Origin: a virus
Taxonomy: Duplodnaviria; Caudoviricetes
IMG/VR virus record: IMGVR_UViG_2706796752_000001
Span: 1 to 64,000 of that record
Length of the DNA: 64,000 bases
Direction: 5' to 3' (one strand)
Shown: positions 1-8,429 of the stretch, in pieces
How positions within the stretch are numbered: position 1 is the first letter of the stretch
How the letters are laid out: each line of letters opens with the position of its first letter
Notes under the pieces: generated by a model
Told to the model about the DNA's origin: nothing
What the model saw: the letters and a program-made list of their open reading frames with translations, nothing else
Database searches by the model: none
Program-made: the position numbers and the translations under genes

Positions 1-158
1 AGGTTTTTCTCTGGTATACGCTTCATGCTAGATAGAGTAGATTGCATCCTTGTGTACAAATATATACGAGTATTACAAACTTGTACAGGTGTTTTAAGAG
101 CTCTCACGCTCCGTTACACGTCGTTTTACAAACTAACTGGTACAAATGTATAAGAACA

Positions 159-193
159 ACAAAAAAAGCCCTTCACGACAATGTGAGGGCTTT
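159..193 (-). terminator. Rho-independent terminator-like hairpin
   Basis: AAAGCCCTTCAC-loop-GTGAGGGCTTT preceded by an A run on + (U tail on -). Confidence 0.6.
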
Positions 194-215
194 CCTGCTA
201 TAATGTGGGGTTTGC

Positions 216-294
216 TAGTAGCTCACTGGAATGCAAGCGCAACTCCTAGTAGCTCACTGGAACAGAGCCGAAAATCCTTAGTAGCTCCCTAGAA
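216..294. repeat. Three direct repeats TAGTAGCTC(A/C)CT(G/A)GAA
   Basis: Copies at 216-231, 247-262 and 279-294; periods 31 and 32 bp. Confidence 0.9.
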
Positions 295-358
295 CGCATA
301 GGCAACTGTATGGCTTGTCCTTTTAGCTCATGAGCAATTACGCCCACGGAGCCAATCG

Positions 359-1425
359 CACTATCTGACAATTGTCAGACAATTACGACAACAGGTATCT
401 ACAAAATGTGCATCGACCTGCTTAAACAGAATAGCACATCAAACGACAATAATACAAGCATAGACAAATTAAAAGTTTTTTATACATATTCTGACTAACT
501 AAATATTCTGACAATTAGCAGCTCGTATAAATACCACAGATGAGGCTATTTGTCAAGTTAAAAGAGTATTGCAAATATTCTGACAATAAGAAGGGTATGA
601 GTATTGACAATATTGCTAATAGTCTGACTGTCATAATAGTGCGAATTGTGCTATTGTTCGGATTAGTATAAATAGTCTGATAATTTATTTGAAAACCCTC
701 GGGAAAATAGAGTTAATATTCTGACAATATGAATAGTCTGACAATAATATACGAACGTTAAATAGTCTGACAATTAGAATGTTTGGAACTGTATGAATAA
801 TCTGACAGTTTGAATAGGGTGAATGTTATGAATAGTCTGACAATTGTAAGAGACTGCAATAGAATTAACTGACAATTCAAACTATTCACTCGATTATGTT
901 AGTCAGGCTATTCTAAATATTCTGACAATTGTTTCGGTCGGAGCTGCTGTTAAGTTATCTGACAATTATGACTATTCAAGTTATCAGACTATTTCGAATA
1001 CATTGTTAACTTGACATTTGCGTTGATGTGTGGTAAACGTGTGTGAGCTATTTGTCAGACAATTCAAATAGTCAGACAATTTTGACAATAATAAGATGAC
1101 TAAATATTCTGACAATTTGTGAGCCCTTGGTACTGCTGGGATGAGGGGCTGTTTCCTCTGTACGGGCTGTTAGGAGGCTAGGCAATACAAATACTAAGGT
1201 GATAGCTTAGAATCGCTGTACGGGCTTGTGAGAGCCTTTAAAATAGATTTGACAAATGGATAAATATATGTTATGGGAAGTTATCAGATAATTCTGACTA
1301 TCAGACAATTTAAAACTCCTATTACATTGCATAGGAGTGCGCATATGTGGTTATCATAATAGTATACGTATGTCAAGTAAATCTTATATTCTGACAAATT
1401 AACTGTATATAATATTCTGACAATT
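359..1425. repeat. Array of about 25 copies of 15-bp AATAKTCWGACAATT (CodY-box-like)
   Basis: Exact AATATTCTGACAATT at 502, 916, 1103, 1411; AATAGTCWGACAATT at 761, 831, 1067; AATTGTCAGACAATT at 370; many more 1-4 mismatch copies; CodY consensus is AATTTTCWGAAAATT. Confidence 0.9.
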
Positions 1426-1453
1426 GCGAATATAATTACTTTTTGTCAAAGGC

Positions 1454-1482
1454 TTGTATTATAAGTCGATATATGAGATATT
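1454..1482 (+). promoter_or_regulatory. Candidate early promoter of first gene
   Basis: TTGTAT-17-(TG)GATATT upstream of ORF 1540. Confidence 0.35.
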
Positions 1483-1539
1483 ATAGGAGCAGCAGGGAAA
1501 CACCTTGCTAGCATACATAACGAAGGATGGTAGATTATA

Positions 1540-2040
1540 ATGATGAATACAATTGATATGTTAAATAAAGAGGTTATGGTTACAACTTTAGATGGACGTT
1601 CTTTTACTGGTACAATGGTAGATTTAAATGATGCTGGTAATATTGCATGGGTTGATAATGGTTTGGACTGGTTCCCAATTGACTTAGATAACGATAGAAT
1701 GTCATTAGTACATCCAGTTAAGGAAGAATCTAAAGAAGTTAAACTTCCATATGATGTTAAGAATATTACTGCTATTAAAGCAGAATATAAGGAGGAGATG
1801 TCCGAGCAATGGGAGGACGTTGACTACCATACAGTGATGGTATACAATAACGACGAAGACGGAGAAGAAGTATATGATTGCGAATTCTCTGCATATGACA
1901 CGACTGGTGATTATATGTTCTGCGTATACTTCGGTACGTACTACGATGAGAAGGAAGCGTTGAAGGCTGCAAAAGCGATGCGTACTAAGCTTGCTAAATA
2001 CTTTGATATAGAAGGTGCCGTATCAGTATACACTTGCTAG
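1540..2040 (+). CDS. Early protein with Sm/LSm-like N-terminal domain and acidic C-terminal domain
   Basis: RBS AAGGATGG; LNKEVMVTTLDGRSFTGTMVDLNDAGNI resembles the Sm1 motif; hairpin follows at 2043-2057. Confidence 0.7.
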   Translation: MMNTIDMLNKEVMVTTLDGRSFTGTMVDLNDAGNIAWVDNGLDWFPIDLDNDRMSLVHPVKEESKEVKLPYDVKNITAIKAEYKEEMSEQWEDVDYHTVMVYNNDEDGEEVYDCEFSAYDTTGDYMFCVYFGTYYDEKEALKAAKAMRTKLAKYFDIEGAVSVYTC

Positions 2041-2103
2041 TCGGGGCGTAAAGCCCCTTATAATTAACGCTTGACAAATACTATTATATAAGGATGGGAT
2101 ATT

Positions 2104-2439
2104 ATGAACGCTAATATCGAACTTGCCATTATTGAACTGGAGCAGATTGCCAAACATGCTGAGGTGCTTGGTGATATGTATAAGACTAGACAAACGTACT
2201 CAATTGTATTACCTGCTCATATGCACGTTCATATCATAGACGCTTCGACGTTTATTGACAAGGGTATGAAGGGCGTTAAGCATGATATGGCACTGGTAGA
2301 GGCTACGTATGTATCCAAGCGGATTAGCGCTATTGTGTCCGGCGTAGTTAAGCAGGAGCATAAGACGGATACTGCTATTAGAGACCTGCAAAGAGCGTGC
2401 GAAGACTTGATTGAGAATTTGCGTAAATGGAATAAATAG
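2104..2439 (+). CDS. Hypothetical early protein
   Basis: RBS AAGGATGG, 111 aa, terminator-like hairpin after stop. Confidence 0.75.
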   Translation: MNANIELAIIELEQIAKHAEVLGDMYKTRQTYSIVLPAHMHVHIIDASTFIDKGMKGVKHDMALVEATYVSKRISAIVSGVVKQEHKTDTAIRDLQRACEDLIENLRKWNK

Positions 2440-2466
2440 TATAGGGAGGGGTGACCCTCCTTTATA
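2440..2466 (+). terminator. Hairpin after early genes
   Basis: TATAGGGAGGG-GTGA-CCCTCCTTTATA. Confidence 0.6.
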
Positions 2467-2737
2467 CCCTATTGACAATTATTTTTTTATATGCTTACTT
2501 GACATACTGGTTTAAATGTGGTATAACCCCGCCCCTATCATAAAACCATAAATTTGTCAAGTAGTATTTTAGTCCCAGTCTACCTGAGGTTAAAATTTTT
2601 GGAACTGTGAAAAACTTTGATATATTAGATACTATCTTGTATACCAGTACAATATTGCAGGAGCTAGAACTAACCACGATACAATAAACACGCTAAATAA
2701 CTTTCTTCTCAATATACCCACCCCCTATACTTTTATT

Positions 2738-2929
2738 TTACAAAATTCCTGTTGCTGCTATAAGTACCCAGATGAAAAAAATTACCAGACAAAAAATTAA
2801 AGCTGTAGCAATACAGATTAGAACACTTGTTCCGTCTGCTCGAATACCACCGTTTCTAACGTACTGTCCGAACCTATAGAGGTAATAACTACCTCCTCCG
2901 ATGATAAGTATAACCAACCATAGTCCCAT
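2738..2929 (-). CDS. Small membrane protein
   Basis: Two hydrophobic segments, RBS GGAGGG. Confidence 0.7.
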   Translation of the reverse strand: MGLWLVILIIGGGSYYLYRFGQYVRNGGIRADGTSVLICIATALIFCLVIFFIWVLIAATGIL

Positions 2930-2962
2930 AATATCTACCCCCTACCTATTTATAAGTATATT

Positions 2963-3166
2963 TTACCACATACTCCAAAACATTGCAAGTAATCCTGACA
3001 AACCAATTTCCATAATTGATACAAGTACTACCATAATAATGATATATACGACCTGTCCGTCTGTTGGAGGGTCTGGGTCCGTTATAACTTCCTCACACAT
3101 ATCCCAGATGACTTTAACACCCCACCCCATTACAATTAAGGTAGTAAGCATATATAATGTTATCAT
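2963..3166 (-). CDS. Small membrane protein
   Basis: Two hydrophobic segments; abuts neighbour. Confidence 0.7.
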   Translation of the reverse strand: MITLYMLTTLIVMGWGVKVIWDMCEEVITDPDPPTDGQVVYIIIMVVLVSIMEIGLSGLLAMFWSMW

Positions 3167-3382
3167 CTATATCACCCCCATAAAGTAACATACCGTACAC
3201 ACACCGTATAAGATTGTTAGAATGATAGTTACCATTGCGAATATAAAGTTCATCATCTCATCGAACGTACTTGGGTTATACCCTATCTGGTCTTTTACCT
3301 TCTGTGCTTTATTTATCTCATCATTAACAATGTACCATAATACTAAAAGTCCTATACCTAGTATAAGTAGAACAACACCCAT
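3167..3382 (-). CDS. Small membrane protein
   Basis: Two hydrophobic segments, RBS GGGGTG. Confidence 0.7.
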   Translation of the reverse strand: MGVVLLILGIGLLVLWYIVNDEINKAQKVKDQIGYNPSTFDEMMNFIFAMVTIILTILYGVCTVCYFMGVI

Positions 3383-3442
3383 TCACCCACCCCCTATCAT
3401 TTTCCAGAAAATTTTAAACGTTGGTTATGGGGTACTTCCATA

Positions 3443-3634
3443 TTATGGTAACTTAGGGATGACAGAGGAGAATATAATAATCGCTATTATGAGTCCGCCT
3501 ATGATACGGTAACCCATGGTCTCATCTGTCACGTTAAACATGAATTCTAATACTGCTAGTAGCATTTCACTGATAAGATAGAAGACTACTAATCCTACTA
3601 CCATACTACCTAGTACTGTAACGATTGCTAACAT
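3443..3634 (-). CDS. Small membrane protein
   Basis: RBS GAGGAGGAG; two hydrophobic segments. Confidence 0.7.
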   Translation of the reverse strand: MLAIVTVLGSMVVGLVVFYLISEMLLAVLEFMFNVTDETMGYRIIGGLIIAIIIFSSVIPKLP

Positions 3635-3652
3635 GTTTCTCCTCCTCGTTGA

Positions 3653-4129
3653 TTAGTTTTCTCTAGTGTACTTTATAGTGTATGTTCTAGAATATGTTCC
3701 ATCTCCATTAGCTATTGCTAGTCTGTATCCTTCTTTGTCAAATATACCTTGCATGTGTTCCGGTAACTGACGATTTGTATAATGACGGAATCCACGTTTA
3801 TCTCTCCCTACGATTCTATTAAAGTATCTACCTTCACCTGATACATGGCTCTGTTTCTTTGTGAAGAAGTATACTGTTACAGTTCGTTCTTCTACTTTGT
3901 TCGATTTACGATGTAACGCTAGTGGCAACAAGTCTCTAAAGAAGTTGTGAATGTAAATGGTGACTCGTTCTGTATGGAAGTTAGGGTCTAGGTCCCATAC
4001 TACAGGTTCACGGTAAATACTCTCCATTGTTACATTGATGCTGCTCATTTCGTGACGTAACACTAGCTTCTTATGCGGGTTACGTCTATTAATTTCTACC
4101 ATCTGTCTATTACGTGTATGTCTAGTCAT
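3653..4129 (-). CDS. Basic protein, RHxRxxQ N-terminal family
   Basis: Starts MTRHTRNRQM; RBS GGGGAG. Confidence 0.8.
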   Translation of the reverse strand: MTRHTRNRQMVEINRRNPHKKLVLRHEMSSINVTMESIYREPVVWDLDPNFHTERVTIYIHNFFRDLLPLALHRKSNKVEERTVTVYFFTKKQSHVSGEGRYFNRIVGRDKRGFRHYTNRQLPEHMQGIFDKEGYRLAIANGDGTYSRTYTIKYTREN

Positions 4130-4141
4130 ATAAATCTCCCC

Positions 4142-4423
4142 TTATTTGTATTTGCTCTTAACGAACCCATTATTACCGAAGAAAATTAAGTTCTCGATAT
4201 TCGTGTGAATATTAAATCTATCTTTCTCTTTATATCGTTTCTTCTTCCAGCGCTCAACTGATACTTCGCATCTAGGATTTCGTAACCAGAAGAAATCTTT
4301 ATCAAGATTACCAGAACCTTTTTCATACATGATACTAGTAGGCATTGACATGTTTATCTCATACGACCCATATAACTTCTTGTTAATATCTCTTAACTGT
4401 TTATTACGTGTATGTCTAGTCAT
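4142..4423 (-). CDS. Basic protein, RHxRxxQ family
   Basis: Starts MTRHTRNKQL; ATGA overlap with upstream gene. Confidence 0.8.
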   Translation of the reverse strand: MTRHTRNKQLRDINKKLYGSYEINMSMPTSIMYEKGSGNLDKDFFWLRNPRCEVSVERWKKKRYKEKDRFNIHTNIENLIFFGNNGFVKSKYK

Positions 4424-4629
4424 TCATATCTCTCCAATGCAGTTTTATGGAAGTTCTTGAATCCTTTTTCTGGTAGTACAAAGTTAGGTAGTCTCTCATA
4501 GTAGTTATACGTATGGTCTAGATTACCTTCCGCTATAGCTAGGTAGCATCTTACTGGTATACTTACATTCATTTTATAATGCGTTACCCCTATCTTATTT
4601 AACTGTCTGTTACGAGTATGTCTAGTCAT
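4420..4629 (-). CDS. Basic protein, RHxRxxQ family
   Basis: Start reassigned to 4629 (MTRHTRNRQL) after RBS GGAGG. Confidence 0.8.
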   Translation of the reverse strand: MTRHTRNRQLNKIGVTHYKMNVSIPVRCYLAIAEGNLDHTYNYYERLPNFVLPEKGFKNFHKTALERYE

Positions 4630-4745
4630 CTTTTGTTCCTCCATTTTATATATGAGCATATTAGGTACACAATGGAATTAATCCCTGCATACCCAATTAG
4701 AATAATAACTGCTAGTGACAGATAGAATTCGAATAGCTCTTGCAT
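4626..4745 (-). CDS. Very small membrane protein (39 aa, not in ORF track)
   Basis: MQELFEFYLSLAVIILIGYAGINSIVYLICSYIKWRNKR; fills the gap and overlaps both neighbours. Confidence 0.55.
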   Translation of the reverse strand: MQELFEFYLSLAVIILIGYAGINSIVYLICSYIKWRNKR

Positions 4746-5149
4746 TAGTAGTTCATCTTCCTATTTAGATTGCCTACAATCACACTAAGTAATAACAGGT
4801 CACTAGATGATAGATGGACACACTCGTATCGACTACCATCTTCAAATGCTATTACGTGATGCATAGAAGCTGCACAGTCTTGATTCTCAATGTATAACTC
4901 CGTATCTTCGTCTTCCATTACAATCTTAGGAGATTCATAACCATCTTCTCCTTGGTATGCTGCTTCTAACATTCTTATAAAACTCTCTACACGGTGTTTG
5001 TTTAATACTAGTTTGAACTTAGTTTCACAATCTGTATCCTCATACTTTACAACCATCTCAAACTCTGACTTAAGGTGAACTTTAACTAGCTCATCATGAA
5101 CACCTTGATTATTATGATGTTGACAATAGAATTTATGTTTACTGTACAT
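4745..5149 (-). CDS. Hypothetical protein, two-repeat PC4/PUR-like family
   Basis: Two beta-beta-beta-alpha-like repeats ending KLVLNKHRVESF and VHLSSSDLLLL. Confidence 0.7.
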   Translation of the reverse strand: MYSKHKFYCQHHNNQGVHDELVKVHLKSEFEMVVKYEDTDCETKFKLVLNKHRVESFIRMLEAAYQGEDGYESPKIVMEDEDTELYIENQDCAASMHHVIAFEDGSRYECVHLSSSDLLLLSVIVGNLNRKMNY

Positions 5150-5504
5150 TATTCCACCAGCTTTCTGTAATTACTTCCTCTACTTTAACTCTTCCGTTTG
5201 TTTGGTGCGAAACGTATACTCTTGTTTTCTCTGATGTACCTTTTCGTTCGAATGACACTTGTGCAAACGTATAGATGTAGAACGGATTAAACTTACCTAG
5301 TCCGAATGATTTCTGTTGACGATAGTTACCTTTATGGTGTACAGATTCTATTTCAAACTCATTTTCCCATCGGAAGGACTTGTCCAAGTTAAGTTGGATT
5401 AGGTTAAACTTTGCAATAGGTATGTTCTTAACTTTGCGGTCCATATACTTACCCCATCTACCATTAGTTGCTTTCTCCATCTGCTTGTTACGTGTGTGTC
5501 TCAT
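5139..5504 (-). CDS. Basic protein, RHxRxxQ family
   Basis: Starts MRHTRNKQM; RBS GGAGGGG. Confidence 0.8.
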   Translation of the reverse strand: MRHTRNKQMEKATNGRWGKYMDRKVKNIPIAKFNLIQLNLDKSFRWENEFEIESVHHKGNYRQQKSFGLGKFNPFYIYTFAQVSFERKGTSEKTRVYVSHQTNGRVKVEEVITESWWNNVQ

Positions 5505-5899
5505 TGTTTCCCCTCCTTTTGTTTATCTCTAAATCTCTGTACTGCTTCTCTCTGCTTTTGTTTACCATTACCTTCTTCCATGTACTTCTTATGGTAAACT
5601 TTAACTCTATCTTTATTGTTGTAATACCATTCTCGTCTAGAGGCATTCACTCGCTCTTTGTTTTCCCGTTTCCACTTCTCGGTCTTAGCGATAACGTGCT
5701 CTTTGTTGTTTTGATAGTATCGTTTACTTCTTTCTTTTTTCGCTTCCTCTGCACATAGTCTACATGTAAACTTTCTACCGTAAGACCCATCTCGGCGTAT
5801 TGTTCCTGTTTTCTCGAATGACTCAATATCTTTCACTACACCACACTTCTTACATTCTCGTACCTTAGCTGATGGGTCATACTTCAGTTGGTATGTCAT
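5501..5899 (-). CDS. Zn-ribbon plus basic helical repeat protein (resembles HNH/endonuclease VII N-terminus without the nuclease domain)
   Basis: CKKC...CRLC followed by YYxNNK repeats; start moved to 5899 after RBS GGGGGTG; own promoter at 5930-5958. Confidence 0.7.
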   Translation of the reverse strand: MTYQLKYDPSAKVRECKKCGVVKDIESFEKTGTIRRDGSYGRKFTCRLCAEEAKKERSKRYYQNNKEHVIAKTEKWKRENKERVNASRREWYYNNKDRVKVYHKKYMEEGNGKQKQREAVQRFRDKQKEGKQ

Positions 5900-5929
5900 G
5901 TAAACACCCCCCTTGTTTTGTATATTATT

Positions 5930-5958
5930 ATAGTACAACAGATTGATTGGAAAGTCAA
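5930..5958 (-). promoter_or_regulatory. sigma-A-type early promoter
   Basis: TTGACT-17-TACTAT. Confidence 0.7.
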
Positions 5959-6383
5959 CCCATTTTATTGAATTCTTCTAAAATAGATTTATAGACTTCT
6001 ATTAGTCCTTTATCATAGATGAACTTCTCATAAGCCGCTCCTACACTCCAGAGGTTTAGGCTGTGTTTCCCTAAATGCTTAATTTGGTCTACTGCATCGT
6101 TACACTTTAGATATGCGTCTATGTGAGCTGCAATGTCGTACTCTTCTATATCTAACTCTCGAAGATTATCAAACCTTCCTAGTATATGTTGCAGGACTGC
6201 TAGTTCTTTAACGAATATCTCTAGGAACGTAGACTCACTTCTTCCATTTGCCACGCATTCCTCTATAGCTTCTCCTAGCTGTCTCCCTCTTTCTACTAGG
6301 TTGAGCTCTCTAGCATCTACGATTCGTAATATTACACGGTTCTTTTCATCGACATCGTAATAACCTTGTTCTTCTGGATTCAT
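5955..6383 (-). CDS. Hypothetical protein
   Basis: RBS AAGGAGGAG, 142 aa. Confidence 0.75.
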   Translation of the reverse strand: MNPEEQGYYDVDEKNRVILRIVDARELNLVERGRQLGEAIEECVANGRSESTFLEIFVKELAVLQHILGRFDNLRELDIEEYDIAAHIDAYLKCNDAVDQIKHLGKHSLNLWSVGAAYEKFIYDKGLIEVYKSILEEFNKMG

Positions 6384-6395
6384 TATAACTCCTCC

Positions 6396-6542
6396 TTATC
6401 CTCTACTTACAAATACTTGCTTTTTACCACATCGCTTACATTTAGTTCTTACTGTTAACATTCCAAAGCTGTAGCTACTCCTCGTAATCTCTTTATCGTG
6501 GCTTCCTTTCTTGCATAACCATGCACCGATTCTTTTAAACAT
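6396..6542 (-). CDS. Small zinc-finger protein (DUF1660-like), not in ORF track
   Basis: MFKRIGAWLCKKGSH...KCKRCGKK, 48 aa, RBS AGGAGGG. Confidence 0.7.
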   Translation of the reverse strand: MFKRIGAWLCKKGSHDKEITRSSYSFGMLTVRTKCKRCGKKQVFVSRG

Positions 6543-6543
6543 G

Positions 6544-6714
6544 CTAGTCCCTCCTATTGTCTATCATTAAGTCATGATGAATCGTCTCTTCCATGCGATA
6601 GTTACATCTTTTACATACATGATGTCTAATTGTAAACCTCTTCATCACAACGCTACCCTTATGCTCCATTTTACATCCAAAGAATGTGCAAATTAATTGA
6701 TTAATGAACGACAC
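6544..6714 (-). CDS. Small zinc-finger protein (DUF1660-like), not in ORF track
   Basis: GTG start after AAAGGAG; LICTFFGC...VCKRCN, 56 aa. Confidence 0.65.
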   Translation of the reverse strand: MSFINQLICTFFGCKMEHKGSVVMKRFTIRHHVCKRCNYRMEETIHHDLMIDNRRD

Positions 6715-6940
6715 CAGAATTCACTCCTTTGTATGTGAAGAAATTAATATCGAACCAGTATACGTTCGCGAACTTACCTGTCATGTACTGTACATGTATA
6801 TAATCATCAAACACCTGATGTACTACTACGTCTAACATATCCATTGTACCTCCAGTGAATTTGTCTTGTACGCAGATATCATATGTTGCACCTACTTCGA
6901 ATTCATCTAGTATTAGCTTCTTAACATGTGTAGTCTTCAT
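6701..6940 (-). CDS. Hypothetical protein
   Basis: 79 aa, RBS AAGGAG. Confidence 0.7.
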   Translation of the reverse strand: MKTTHVKKLILDEFEVGATYDICVQDKFTGGTMDMLDVVVHQVFDDYIHVQYMTGKFANVYWFDINFFTYKGVNSGVVH

Positions 6941-7115
6941 AGCGTCTAAATCTCTCCTTTCTCTCTATGACTCTATATAACTCCCTAAGATGTTTCGCTC
7001 TGATTTCTATTAAGTGAGCCCTAACATCTTTGTCAGTACATAAATCCATTTGTTCTTTTACAGCAGCTATCTTATCAACTAACACTTCCTCTTTAATGTC
7101 TAGATAATCCTTCAT
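6921..7115 (-). CDS. Hypothetical helical protein
   Basis: 64 aa, ATGA overlap. Confidence 0.65.
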   Translation of the reverse strand: MKDYLDIKEEVLVDKIAAVKEQMDLCTDKDVRAHLIEIRAKHLRELYRVIERKERFRRYEDYTC

Positions 7116-7438
7116 ATTGTTGTACCTATTCTATATGACATAACTGAGCTTCCTTTCGGGTTCATATTGTTTTTTAGCAACTGTCCTCCTTTTCTAGACA
7201 CCCAAGAAATTACATTCTTATCTACAAGGTACTCTGTAATACCGTTAACCTCATCGTACACGAAGTTGTGTCGCTTTGTACGAATCCACTTAAATGTAAC
7301 ATCCAGTTCTCTACCAGTTAAGGCGTTTCTATATCTAGCTATAGTGAGGTTCTTGTCCTTCATAAAGAAATCGTGATTTAAACCTGTCTCCATTTCTGCT
7401 GCTAGACGTCTTTGTCTGTTACGTGTATGTCTTGTCAT
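7112..7438 (-). CDS. Basic protein, RHxRxxQ family
   Basis: Starts MTRHTRNRQR. Confidence 0.8.
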   Translation of the reverse strand: MTRHTRNRQRRLAAEMETGLNHDFFMKDKNLTIARYRNALTGRELDVTFKWIRTKRHNFVYDEVNGITEYLVDKNVISWVSRKGGQLLKNNMNPKGSSVMSYRIGTTI

Positions 7439-7439
7439 A

Positions 7440-7595
7440 CTACCACACCCACCCTAGTCGCTTATTTTGTTTGTATCGATTATACATGCTACATAACTCT
7501 GCTGTACTAACTTCCTCAAACCCTACTACGTACTCGTCACCAAGTTCTTTCATCTTCATATAGCAAAACTCAATCATCATTTTACGGATACTCAT
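7440..7595 (-). CDS. Hypothetical 51-aa protein, not in ORF track
   Basis: MSIRKMMIEFCYMKMKELGDEY...GWVW, RBS AGGAGGG. Confidence 0.6.
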   Translation of the reverse strand: MSIRKMMIEFCYMKMKELGDEYVVGFEEVSTAELCSMYNRYKQNKRLGWVW

Positions 7596-7605
7596 ATTAC
7601 CCCTC

Positions 7606-7977
7606 CTAGTATTCTAGTAATTCTGTTGCTTGTGCATGCGTCATAAATGCTACTGCACTTAGTTCGTGTCGTGGTGTGATTGCGATACCTAGTCGTTCTT
7701 TAGATGAGTGTATAACTGATACTGCTTTACTTCTGTCTTGTCTAGTTGCATAAAGTTCTGTTTCTAGTTTAACCTTGTTATCTAGTATTTGTGCGATGTT
7801 ATACTTCAATTTTAAGAATTGCCCTTCGTTCATCATAGCTCGTTGTACATACTGTATTTCTTTTGTTCTATCCTCGATTATTAATAATCCGTACATCAAC
7901 TTACCATTCTCTCTTTCTGTTGTCACGATTACTGTATCGCTATACTTACTGTCTCTAGTAGCTTCAATTGTTAACAT
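7606..7977 (-). CDS. Hypothetical protein, two-repeat PC4/PUR-like family
   Basis: RBS GAGGAGG; repeats end RAMMNEGQFLKL and AFMTHAQATEL. Confidence 0.7.
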   Translation of the reverse strand: MLTIEATRDSKYSDTVIVTTERENGKLMYGLLIIEDRTKEIQYVQRAMMNEGQFLKLKYNIAQILDNKVKLETELYATRQDRSKAVSVIHSSKERLGIAITPRHELSAVAFMTHAQATELLEY

Positions 7978-8135
7978 TATCGTTCCTCCTCTAGTATATT
8001 CACTTCGATATCTAAACTGTAATCCTCTTTAACTAACGAGAATGACGTATACTTTCCTGTCTTATGGTCGAATGCCATAAAGTCTAGTTTATCATCCATA
8101 TCCTTTATATAATTCTTTAACTCTCCTATAGTCAT
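7977..8135 (-). CDS. Hypothetical 52-aa protein, not in ORF track
   Basis: MTIGELKNYIKDMDDKL..., RBS GAGGGGG. Confidence 0.6.
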   Translation of the reverse strand: MTIGELKNYIKDMDDKLDFMAFDHKTGKYTSFSLVKEDYSLDIEVNILEEER

Positions 8136-8150
8136 TATAACACCCCTCTA

Positions 8151-8354
8151 TTAAATTGTAAAGCATAAAATTACTGCTGATATAATCCACACAATAAAAC
8201 CACCGACCGCGATATCGTTATCTTCAATTACGGTAGAACTCATACCTTGGAAGGCGTTCATTAGATACATGAATAAGAATGCTACCGTGCATGATATTGC
8301 GTACCATCCAAAGCATGCAAATACAACAAAGAATATCTGCCCTAATAGAATCAT
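8151..8354 (-). CDS. Small membrane protein
   Basis: Hydrophobic 67 aa. Confidence 0.65.
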   Translation of the reverse strand: MILLGQIFFVVFACFGWYAISCTVAFLFMYLMNAFQGMSSTVIEDNDIAVGGFIVWIISAVILCFTI

Positions 8355-8429
8355 TTAGAAATCACCAACTCATAACCGAACCAAGTAATAATGTATACAT
8401 CTTGTCCATTATAGAAGCGCGGTTTCCAA

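Noticed and set aside
216-1425. CRISPR array or DnaA/Spo0A-box reading of the left-end repeats
   Set aside because: Repeats are 15-16 bp and degenerate, the main set is irregularly spaced and overlapping, and no cas genes are present; they do not match TTATCCACA or TGTCGAA.
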